From positions 1-42,756 of IMG/VR virus record IMGVR_UViG_3300017698_000003: DNA of 42,756 nt; one strand, 5' to 3'. The notes under the pieces are model-generated. The model saw only the letters and a program-made list of their open reading frames with translations, was not told where the DNA came from and ran no database searches. Below, piece after piece: positions 26,408 to 33,657 of the stretch (its first letter is position 1; every line of letters starts with the position of its first letter). The position numbers and the translations under genes are program-made. This DNA comes from a virus.

Positions 26408-26602
26408 TTAGTATTCGGCCTTCGCGGTAACTTCGCGGTCGCCGTTGTCGTCTACGGTGCGCAACGTAATCGTGATTACGCCTAGCCCCGTCCAATCTGC
26501 GCAGTCGTCGAACATATCGCTTACGCGCTTCATAATATCCGACTTAAGCCGTTGGCTATCCTTCGCGCTGTACGTGACTTCTTCGTGTGTCTTGCGTGCC
26601 AT
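26408..26602 (-). CDS. Hypothetical protein
   Basis: 64 aa with a GAAAGG SD. First gene after the promoter at 26631-26659. Confidence 0.5.
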   Translation of the reverse strand: MARKTHEEVTYSAKDSQRLKSDIMKRVSDMFDDCADWTGLGVITITLRTVDDNGDREVTAKAEY

Positions 26603-26630
26603 TGTTCTACCTTTCGTTTATGTTGCCCTA

Positions 26631-26659
26631 TACCTACACCTACGACGCGCCTACGTCAA
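26631..26659 (-). promoter_or_regulatory. Promoter TTGACG-N17-TAGGTA
   Basis: Minus strand -35 at 26659-26654 (context TTGACGTAGGC, the same as at 20646) and -10 at 26636-26631. Confidence 0.55.
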
Positions 26660-26939
26660 TACCCTACGACGATAAATACGCTATAATGCCCTTATATTTT
26701 TTGTTATACCCGTAAACCCTTGATAGAGTTAGATAATATATAGAGTTATAATAAGTATAATAAGTATAATAGATAAGTAGACCCTTTATCGTAGTTTACC
26801 GTCGCTTTCAACCGACGTAGGCACCCCACACTAGGGGGTCTATCTAGCCATTATACGGAAATACGTTATATTGTGTTTGTTTACAGACACTTAGCTATTA
26901 TACGGCTATTATATCATTATACTAAAGCCGATAACTACG
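26660..26939. repeat. AT-rich non-coding region with short direct repeats (candidate replication origin or regulatory hub)
   Basis: ATAGAGTTA at 26723 and 26740. Tandem ATAAGTATA at 26751 and 26760. ATTATAC(GG) at 26850, 26897 and 26916. No ORF. Far more AT-rich than the flanks. Confidence 0.5.
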
Positions 26940-29384
26940 TTAGGTGCCTATGAACCTGTGCGCGTCCGACACGGCGTAAGCTTTGCCGCGTACATTATAC
27001 TTTTGCAGGTCAGCCCGACCGACTTCTATTAGTGCGCCTTCGTCAAGCAATGACTGCACAGTACGGCGAATAGCGTTGGTTGCCCCTACCCGGTCGTGCC
27101 GGAATGCGGCGGCGGCTACAAGCCTGCGCTGTATAAAGGTGTAGGGCACGATATGGTCGGCGTGCATGGCACGTTTAGCCCCGTATTTAACGACGGCTTC
27201 GAACGGCTGCGTTAGGTATTGGTTCACGACGCGGATAATGTCGGAAACTTGCTTGCTTTCTTCGCTGTTCTTGCCGACTTCGCCCATTTCGAACTTGCGA
27301 GTAATCGACCTAATGTCGCGTTCGATAAGCGCGTACGCCCATTCGGCTACGTCCTTGGTTATGACGACCGACACGCGGTCGGTGTTGCCGTGGTCGGCGC
27401 AGCCTACGGCGATTAGCCCGGCAAGCTTAAGCGTCTTAATGTGGGCACGGTTCCATAGGTGCCGTATTGCTTCGCGTTGGTCTGGCACGTTGATTTGACT
27501 ATCTGCGTACCTATCGACTTCACGTAGGAACGTGTCGGCTTCGGGCGTGTATTCGACCGCTACGGCCATGTTGTGCGAATTCAAGCGTAGGCTATTGTCG
27601 CACAGGTCGCAGAACCGTTTGACTAAATCCATGGAAGGCACCGCGTAGGCGTGTGCTTCGTTGAATTGCGGACGCGCGCCGCCGTACTCAATTGTCAGAA
27701 AGCGCGGCAACAGGCCGTCGCTAATAAGGCTTTCGTCTAGGTTGCTGTAGTAGGTTTCGGGCGTGCTTTCGCCTAGCAACGTGAACGCGGGCGACAATAC
27801 GTCGTCGGTGTTCTTTTCCTTGTCGCTGTAGATTGTGGGGCGCAGAACGTTGCCGCTACCCGACTTGTTATACAGGTCTAGCAGTACCTTCTTAAGCATG
27901 ATTTCAGACGACGACGCGCGCGGGTGCGCTAGCCGTTGCATGGTCAAGCCGAATTCGCCTACGACCGAACAGAAACTACGTTGCTTGCCTATGTACTTAA
28001 GCAACGCCTGCCCGCTGGATATTTCGGCGGGGCCGATAAATTCCCGAACGGCTGGCATGGTGTTTAGCCCGGTATCGTCTGCCAAGCCGCCGCGCATAAC
28101 GTACGACATGAACTTTTCGATACCGCTTTGCATGGCTTCTTTACCTGTGCCCGTCGGTGCCAGCATTAGAACGTAGTTGTTAAGGCCGGTAGCGGACACG
28201 TTGAACGAACGCCCGCACACGCCAGACATAAGCCCGATTGCCGCCGCTATGGCGATTTCGGGCACAGGGCGCGGGGCGCTACGGTAGATAAAGTCGGCAA
28301 GTTCACCAACCAAGCCGGGCGGGGGCGTAATCGACGCCACCACAGGGGCCGGGGCGGGCTGCGCAGGTGCCGCCGGTATTTCGGCTTGCCCGTCTATCGG
28401 TTTGGGGGCCGGGGGCGTCATGGCGCGGGCTATCTGCGCCGACAAGTCGATTTGCGGGGGCGTGCCCACAGGCGCGGCGCGCTTGGCCTGTTCGGCGGCT
28501 ACGACGCGTTCGGCTTCGTTAAACACCCCTTCGGCGTCGATTGGCGGTAGCATATGGTCGAACGCGCGGTTAATCGTGTAGTTCAAATACCCGTTGCGCT
28601 GCGCCTTTTCGCGCTGGCCTAGCGGGCTTTGCCTGAATAGGCGCATTAGCTGCGTTCGGTGCTGCGAATAGAACGCTAAGAAGTTCATGTACGCTTGGTC
28701 GGCTTCCGACTGCGACGGGTAATCGTTGTGCCAATCGCCCGAATGCAAGCGCATAAACTTTTCGCCGTTGACGGCGTTAGACGCCTTTTCGATAACTTCG
28801 GCGTCGGTAAGCTTTTCGACTATATCGCCGCTTACGTTGTGTTGTTCAATGTGCCCGCCTAGTTCGTGCCACAGGGTCGAAACAAGCGTTTGCCGTTCGG
28901 CTATGGGCGCGTCGTTGAATACGTCGCCGGTCACGGTAAAGAAGCGGCCCGACGAATACAGTTCTATCTTGCCCCGGCGGCGTCCGCCGTGTACGTGCCC
29001 CCGTACGATTATGTGCAAGCCTTTGCCCGACGGCGACCGTTCGGCGTAGCTGTTGAACATTTGGTAAATCTTAAGCTGCACGCGCAAGGCGTTTTCGTCG
29101 CCCGCCGTGTCGTCAAGGTCTACGCCCGCGAAGGGGTCGTGTTCCGTAAAGACGAAGCCCGCGCCCGACCAATTGCCAGAACCTAGCGCGGTCATTACCT
29201 GTTCGAACGTGCCCCATGTCGCCGCGTCGGATACCGACGCTAGCCGCCCGGTCTTCGGGTCGTAGGGCACTTTTGTAGGTTTGGTTCCGTCGCGGTCTTC
29301 GTAGCGCCATACTACCCATTGGTGATAATCGCGCATGTCCGCCGGAACGTTCATAAGACGTTCATACATTAAGCGGCTTCCCAT
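26940..29384 (-). CDS. Primase-polymerase (prim-pol) fused to a PriCT and P-loop helicase-like C-terminal domain
   Basis: WVVWRYE..KVPYDP, GVDLDD, YAERSPSGKGLHIIVRG and IELYSSGRFFTVTGD (prim-pol). SQSEADQAYMNFLAFY (PriCT-like). MLAPTGTGKE (Walker A). The start may be 29369 (GGGAAG SD). Confidence 0.8.
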   Translation of the reverse strand: MGSRLMYERLMNVPADMRDYHQWVVWRYEDRDGTKPTKVPYDPKTGRLASVSDAATWGTFEQVMTALGSGNWSGAGFVFTEHDPFAGVDLDDTAGDENALRVQLKIYQMFNSYAERSPSGKGLHIIVRGHVHGGRRRGKIELYSSGRFFTVTGDVFNDAPIAERQTLVSTLWHELGGHIEQHNVSGDIVEKLTDAEVIEKASNAVNGEKFMRLHSGDWHNDYPSQSEADQAYMNFLAFYSQHRTQLMRLFRQSPLGQREKAQRNGYLNYTINRAFDHMLPPIDAEGVFNEAERVVAAEQAKRAAPVGTPPQIDLSAQIARAMTPPAPKPIDGQAEIPAAPAQPAPAPVVASITPPPGLVGELADFIYRSAPRPVPEIAIAAAIGLMSGVCGRSFNVSATGLNNYVLMLAPTGTGKEAMQSGIEKFMSYVMRGGLADDTGLNTMPAVREFIGPAEISSGQALLKYIGKQRSFCSVVGEFGLTMQRLAHPRASSSEIMLKKVLLDLYNKSGSGNVLRPTIYSDKEKNTDDVLSPAFTLLGESTPETYYSNLDESLISDGLLPRFLTIEYGGARPQFNEAHAYAVPSMDLVKRFCDLCDNSLRLNSHNMAVAVEYTPEADTFLREVDRYADSQINVPDQREAIRHLWNRAHIKTLKLAGLIAVGCADHGNTDRVSVVITKDVAEWAYALIERDIRSITRKFEMGEVGKNSEESKQVSDIIRVVNQYLTQPFEAVVKYGAKRAMHADHIVPYTFIQRRLVAAAAFRHDRVGATNAIRRTVQSLLDEGALIEVGRADLQKYNVRGKAYAVSDAHRFIGT

Positions 29385-29565
29385 TTAGGTAGTTGTACAA
29401 GACTTCGACACGATTAACCGACGGGTCGGGAATGCGACCGGCGGCGAACGTTTTAAGCCACGGTTCGGGCACGTCTGCGCCCGTGGCAATGTCCCTAAGT
29501 GTGACGTTGCGGGGTCGGTTAGCTAGCATTTCTAGCACCTTGTCGCGTAGCTTTGGTTCGTCCAT
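29362..29565 (-). CDS. Small HTH DNA-binding regulator (Cro/CI-like)
   Basis: Start at MDEPKLRDKV (GAAGGAAC SD, downstream of the leftward promoter). VTLRDIATGADVPEPWLKTFAAGR is HTH-like. 67 aa. Confidence 0.55.
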   Translation of the reverse strand: MDEPKLRDKVLEMLANRPRNVTLRDIATGADVPEPWLKTFAAGRIPDPSVNRVEVLYNYLNGKPLNV

Positions 29566-29605
29566 GCGTCCGGTTCCTTCGAATGTGGGCAATCTGATTT
29601 GCCCG

Positions 29606-29634
29606 ACCCTAGCCGAAAATATTTTATCCCGCAA
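29606..29634 (-). promoter_or_regulatory. Leftward promoter TTGCGG-N17-TAGGGT
   Basis: Minus strand -35 at 29634-29629 and -10 at 29611-29606. One AAAATATTT repeat lies in its spacer. Confidence 0.55.
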
Positions 29635-29647
29635 GTGCAAAATATTT
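29616..29647. promoter_or_regulatory. Two AAAATATTT operator-like repeats, 23 bp apart
   Basis: 29616-29624 (part of the palindrome AAAATATTTT) and 29639-29647 (abutting the rightward -35). They are AT islands in GC-rich DNA between divergent promoters. Confidence 0.45.
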
Positions 29648-29648
29648 C

Positions 29649-29677
29649 TTGACACCACTTTGCCGGGGGTCTAGGTT
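29649..29677 (+). promoter_or_regulatory. Rightward promoter TTGACA-N17-TAGGTT (replication operon)
   Basis: -35 at 29649-29654 and -10 at 29672-29677, 42 nt before the ATG at 29719. Confidence 0.6.
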
Positions 29678-29718
29678 CGCATTGTCACCAACGACACCCA
29701 ACGGAAGGAACGCACACA

Positions 29719-30144
29719 ATGAACGCATTCAATCAAAAGCCGTTCGAAGAAATGACACGCGACGAACAGTTGCTTGCATGGAAGGACGCAAAGCGCACAC
29801 TTGACGCAGCCAAAGACGCCGAAATGTCTATGCGCAAGCTTATCGTCGAAACCCATTTCGACGCTACGCAGGTCGGTACGCAGAATATCGAACTTGGCCA
29901 AGGTTGGAAGGTTAAGGCCGTAGTCAAGCAATCGTACAAGCTTGACACCGACGCGGAAAAGGTCGAAGAAGTTCTTGACACGCTAGAAGATTGGCAGGCC
30001 GAACGCCTTGTGAAGTGGTCGCCGACGCTTTCGGTATCGGAATACAAGAAACTTTCCGACGAAGACCGGGCCGCAATCGACAAGGTGTTGACAATCGGCT
30101 TTGCGTCGCCGACACTGGAACTTGTCGCGCCGAAAGGTTCGTAA
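29719..30144 (+). CDS. Hypothetical protein
   Basis: 141 aa with a GGAAGGAAC SD. First gene of the rightward operon. Confidence 0.5.
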   Translation: MNAFNQKPFEEMTRDEQLLAWKDAKRTLDAAKDAEMSMRKLIVETHFDATQVGTQNIELGQGWKVKAVVKQSYKLDTDAEKVEEVLDTLEDWQAERLVKWSPTLSVSEYKKLSDEDRAAIDKVLTIGFASPTLELVAPKGS

Positions 30145-30232
30145 GCGGCGGACAACGCGGCGCGACGCGCCCGGCGGCTACCCCTCCCAACCGCCGGGCG
30201 CAGTTTAACCCCGAACAATGAAAGGTAGGCAT

Positions 30233-30436
30233 ATGCCGAATAAACCCAAAGACACACAGGCGAACGCCGAACAGGCCGAAGCCCCTACACCCCCGAAGCC
30301 TGTACACCCCGACGACGTGGCAAAAGCGATTATCGACATTGCAGCCGCGCACGGTTTCGCCATTCATGGCGACGGCTTCACGTTGACGAAAAACCTTGGC
30401 GGCATGGTCGCCCGGCATTCGTATAAGGGGGCGTAG
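30233..30436 (+). CDS. Hypothetical protein
   Basis: Start at MPNKPKD (GAAAGG SD); 67 aa. Confidence 0.4.
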   Translation: MPNKPKDTQANAEQAEAPTPPKPVHPDDVAKAIIDIAAAHGFAIHGDGFTLTKNLGGMVARHSYKGA

Positions 30437-30438
30437 CT

Positions 30439-30684
30439 ATGTCACTTTTTCACGTAATCGACGACGCGCAAGTTATCTTGCGGTCAAAGGGCGTATACAA
30501 GCAAGCCAAAGTATACCAACGTAACGACCGGCTTTACGCCGGGCATGGTTCCGGGTTTATCGGCTTGTCGAAGTCTGGCACTACCGGCCCGAATATCAGC
30601 GTTGACGAATTGGTGTTAGGGTTCGAACCCGACGCCGACCCGTTGGGCCGCTTGTACATGCCGGGCAAAGCCCCCAAACGGTAA
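30439..30684 (+). CDS. Hypothetical protein
   Basis: 81 aa with an AAGGGGG SD. Confidence 0.45.
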   Translation: MSLFHVIDDAQVILRSKGVYKQAKVYQRNDRLYAGHGSGFIGLSKSGTTGPNISVDELVLGFEPDADPLGRLYMPGKAPKR

Positions 30685-30696
30685 GGAACCCAAACT

Positions 30697-31377
30697 ATGC
30701 AAATGTCGCAACTTCGGCCCGCTTACGCGTGCGCAGCACAATACGGCGTTAAGTCGCTTGCCCACGGCGGGCCGGGGTCCGGTAAAACGCCCTTGGTCAA
30801 AACCGCACCGCGCCCCGTACTGTGCGCGACGGAACCCGGCCTACTTTCCTTGCGCGATTGGGACGGCCCCGTATGGGAAGCCTACACCCCCGGCGCAATA
30901 GACGAATTCTTTACATGGGTAAAGTCGTCGAACGAAGTACACAACTTCGATACAATCGTAGTAGATAGCGTGTCGCAAATGGCCGAAATCTACTTAGCGC
31001 AAGCCCTTATCAAGCACAAGCACGGCTTGAAGGCTTACGGCGACATGGCCGAAAAGGTTATGGAACACGTCACGACGCTGTATTACATGCAACAAAAGCA
31101 CACGTACTTAATCGCCAAGCAATACCTTAGCGAAGAAGGCGGCGGCATGACGAAGAAACGCCCGTACTTTCCGGGCAAAGAATGTAACGTGAAGGTTCCG
31201 CACCTTTACGACGAAATCTTGTGCGTAGGGCTTTATCAAGTGCCCGGCGTACAGGGCGAACAGCGCGCAATTCGCACGCTGGATAGTCTAACCGTTGCCG
31301 CCCGTGATAGGTCGGGGCGATTGGACGAATTCGAACCTTGCGACTTAGGCGCATTGTTCGCAAAGTGCATGTCTTAA
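30697..31377 (+). CDS. Sak4-like RecA-fold ATPase (AAA_24 family, single-strand annealing)
   Basis: Walker A in HGGPGSGKT and Walker B in TIVVDSVS. 226 aa, directly upstream of a DUF669-type SSB, the usual pairing. Confidence 0.7.
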   Translation: MQMSQLRPAYACAAQYGVKSLAHGGPGSGKTPLVKTAPRPVLCATEPGLLSLRDWDGPVWEAYTPGAIDEFFTWVKSSNEVHNFDTIVVDSVSQMAEIYLAQALIKHKHGLKAYGDMAEKVMEHVTTLYYMQQKHTYLIAKQYLSEEGGGMTKKRPYFPGKECNVKVPHLYDEILCVGLYQVPGVQGEQRAIRTLDSLTVAARDRSGRLDEFEPCDLGALFAKCMS

Positions 31378-31399
31378 CCCAAACGAAGGAACTACGACC

Positions 31400-32215
31400 A
31401 TGGTACAACTTAACTTTGACGCTAACCAAGTGGCACCGAATACGGGTTTTGAACCCGTGCCCGAAGGTTGGTATAACGTCGCTATCACCGAAAGCGAAGT
31501 GAAGCCGACGAAAGACGGCGAAGGCGCGTACTTGCAGCTTAAGTGCAGCATTATCGACGGGCCGCACGCAAACAAGCCGGTATTCGTTCGTCTGAATATC
31601 CAGAACAAGAACCAACAGGCCGTAGACATTGCCTACGGCGAATTGTCGGCTATCTGCCACGTTATCGGCGTGTATCAGGTCGGCGATACGTCGCAAATGC
31701 ACGGTATCCCGTTTCAGGTTCGCGTCGTCGTTCGCAAGGACGCCAACGGCGAAAACAACGACGTTAAGGCGTACCGCGACGCACGCGGCAACGAACCGGG
31801 CAAGGCTGCACAGGGCGGCGGGCAACCGTCAAGCTTCGGCGGCGCACCACAGGGACAAGGCCAGCCGAACCAAGGCCAGCCGGGCGGCGGTTTTCAGGGT
31901 CAGCCCGCACAGGGTCAGCCTGCGCAGAACCCCGCACAGGGCGGCGGTTGGGGTCAGCCCGGCCAAGGCCAGCCCGCACAGGGGCAGGGCAACCCGAACC
32001 AAGGCCAGAACCCCGCACAGGGGCAAAACCCTGCACAGGGTCAGCCGCAAGGCCAGCCCAATAACGGGCAGGGTGCCCCATGGGGCGGCGGTCAGCCTGC
32101 ACAGGGGCAAGCCCCGGCACAGGGGCAGAACCCGGCGCAGGGCGGCGGCGGTTGGACGCAGAACGGCCAGCCCGGCAACAATGGCGGCGGGGCACCGTGG
32201 GGCGGTCAGCAATAG
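31400..32215 (+). CDS. DUF669-type phage ssDNA-binding-like protein with a ~140-aa Gln/Gly/Pro/Asn-rich tail
   Basis: N-terminal ~130 aa (PEGWYNVAITESEVKPTKDGEGAYLQLKCSII...) resembles DUF669. The tail consists of GQPAQGQ/NPAQGG(G)W repeats and ends in GGAPWGGQQ. Confidence 0.6.
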   Translation: MVQLNFDANQVAPNTGFEPVPEGWYNVAITESEVKPTKDGEGAYLQLKCSIIDGPHANKPVFVRLNIQNKNQQAVDIAYGELSAICHVIGVYQVGDTSQMHGIPFQVRVVVRKDANGENNDVKAYRDARGNEPGKAAQGGGQPSSFGGAPQGQGQPNQGQPGGGFQGQPAQGQPAQNPAQGGGWGQPGQGQPAQGQGNPNQGQNPAQGQNPAQGQPQGQPNNGQGAPWGGGQPAQGQAPAQGQNPAQGGGGWTQNGQPGNNGGGAPWGGQQ

Positions 32216-32238
32216 ACCAAACCGGAAGGGCGTAACTA

Positions 32239-32259
32239 GCGGGGGCATTTCGCCCCCGC
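32239..32259 (+). terminator. GC hairpin after the SSB-like gene (weak terminator/attenuator)
   Basis: GCGGGGGC-atttc-GCCCCCGC followed by ACTTTCC. Confidence 0.35.
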
Positions 32260-32278
32260 ACTTTCCGGGGGTTTACGA

Positions 32279-32770
32279 ATGGCGGGCATAACCGACGCGT
32301 TACCGCCGCCCCTAATATGTGATAACTGCGAAAGCCAAAGGGTAAAGCTATACCGAAACACAAGACGAAATCGGGCAAAGTACGTTTGCTTGCAATGCAA
32401 GGCAAGCGTCTACTGCCACAAGGGCACTAGCGTACCCCTAGGGTACATGGCAACAGCGAAGACAAGATACTTACGTGCTAAAGCGCACGAAGTCTTCGAC
32501 CCCCTTTGGCAACACGGCCTAATGACGCGCGACGAAGCGTACGAATGGCTAGCCCGGCAAATGTCGATACCCGGCGCAAACGCACACATAGGGCGGTTAG
32601 ACGATAACCAATTAGAACGGGTCGTGCGCAAATGCGCGCGGCATTACCGGAAACTAACGGCCAAGGCCAAGCGACAAAAGGCGGTAAGACATGCTACCGA
32701 TAGAAGACAACGTACCTATTCCCGTTCAAGGAAACGCGGCGGAAAATGGAAACCAATCCCCGACAATTGA
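32279..32770 (+). CDS. Zinc-finger protein, DUF3268-like
   Basis: CDNC...YVCLQCKASVYCHKGT..PLGYMA...HEVFDPLWQ...AYEWLA fits the pattern as I recall it. Confidence 0.5.
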   Translation: MAGITDALPPPLICDNCESQRVKLYRNTRRNRAKYVCLQCKASVYCHKGTSVPLGYMATAKTRYLRAKAHEVFDPLWQHGLMTRDEAYEWLARQMSIPGANAHIGRLDDNQLERVVRKCARHYRKLTAKAKRQKAVRHATDRRQRTYSRSRKRGGKWKPIPDN

Positions 32771-33650
32771 CGACCCCCTAGCGGCACCGGGCAAGCGAAA
32801 AGAGCTTGCCCGCGTTATCCTACAGGACATTGACGCGTATTGCGTGCAGGCGTACGACGACGGGCACCGCAACCACTTAGGCGCGTCGCTTATCGGTCAC
32901 GAATGCACGCGCTACCTGTGGAACGTGTTCCGTTGGCTTAAGCGGGAAAACTTCGAAGGCCGTATGCTGCGCCTATTCCAGCGTGGGCACCGCGAAGAAG
33001 CCGCCTTTGAAGAATACTTGCGGGGTATCGGGGCGCAGGTCGTCGCGTTCCAGCCCGACGCAGACGGAAACGCGAACAAGGGCGAACAACAATACCGCAT
33101 TAGCGCCGTGCAAGGCCACTTCGGCGGGTCGCTTGACGGGCAACTTATCTTGCCAGAACGTTACGGCGTACCCTTCGGCATGTTGTCGGAATACAAGACC
33201 AAGGGCACCGGGCGCGGCTTTACGGAACTTAAAGAAAAGGGCGTGAAGCTAACCAACCCGACGCACTACGCGCAAATGTCAATGTACGGTCGCGCGTACG
33301 GGTACAAGTACGCCATGTATATGTCGGTCAACAAAAACGACGACGACCTACACGTAGAAATCGTCGAACTTGATTGGCGGTTAGGCGAAGAACTAGAACG
33401 CAAGGCATACGACGTAATCACGGCGCAGGTTCCGCCCGCCAAGGTCGCCGAAACCCCGGCGTACAAGACGTGTAAAATGTGCCACTTTTCCGGCGTATGT
33501 TTTAGCGGCGAAGCCGTCGAACGTAATTGCCGTAGTTGCGCGAACGCACGCCCCGTAGACGAAGGCAAATGGTATTGCGCAGTCTTCGAAGACGTGATAC
33601 CGTCGGATTATATCAAGCAAGGGTGCGACCGGCACACGCCGATAGCATAG
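32691..33650 (+). CDS. PD-(D/E)xK exonuclease, Cas4/RecB-like, with a 4-Cys cluster
   Basis: GGSLDG...LSEYKTKG (D...ExK). Cys in GHECTRYLW plus CKMCHFSGVC (CxxCx5C), as in Cas4/AddB Fe-S nucleases. Confidence 0.65.
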   Translation: MLPIEDNVPIPVQGNAAENGNQSPTIDDPLAAPGKRKELARVILQDIDAYCVQAYDDGHRNHLGASLIGHECTRYLWNVFRWLKRENFEGRMLRLFQRGHREEAAFEEYLRGIGAQVVAFQPDADGNANKGEQQYRISAVQGHFGGSLDGQLILPERYGVPFGMLSEYKTKGTGRGFTELKEKGVKLTNPTHYAQMSMYGRAYGYKYAMYMSVNKNDDDLHVEIVELDWRLGEELERKAYDVITAQVPPAKVAETPAYKTCKMCHFSGVCFSGEAVERNCRSCANARPVDEGKWYCAVFEDVIPSDYIKQGCDRHTPIA

Positions 33651-33657
33651 GGCCGAA

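Noticed and set aside
26700-26930. AT-rich repeats as a CRISPR array, tRNA or small mobile element
   Set aside because: The repeat units are only 7-9 bp, tandem or irregularly spaced, with no spacer-like unique segments. I found no cloverleaf-compatible stems and no terminal inverted repeats.
29566-29658. N-terminal extensions offered by the ORF track (29658 for the HTH gene; also 19317, 17998, 17907, 17480, 26495, 23428, 22463, 20944)
   Set aside because: The longer starts overlap upstream genes or lie upstream of the mapped promoter. Internal ATGs are preceded by the recurrent GAAAGGAAC or AGGAG ribosome-binding sites.
31127-32405. ORFs 31127..31825(-), 31629..32291(+), 31764..32405(-) and 31829..32248(-) over the Q/G/P repeat tract
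   Set aside because: They are alternative-frame artefacts of the degenerate CAGGGNCAGCC repeat in the SSB-like gene. They have no SD and give Arg/Pro/Ala-rich nonsense translations.
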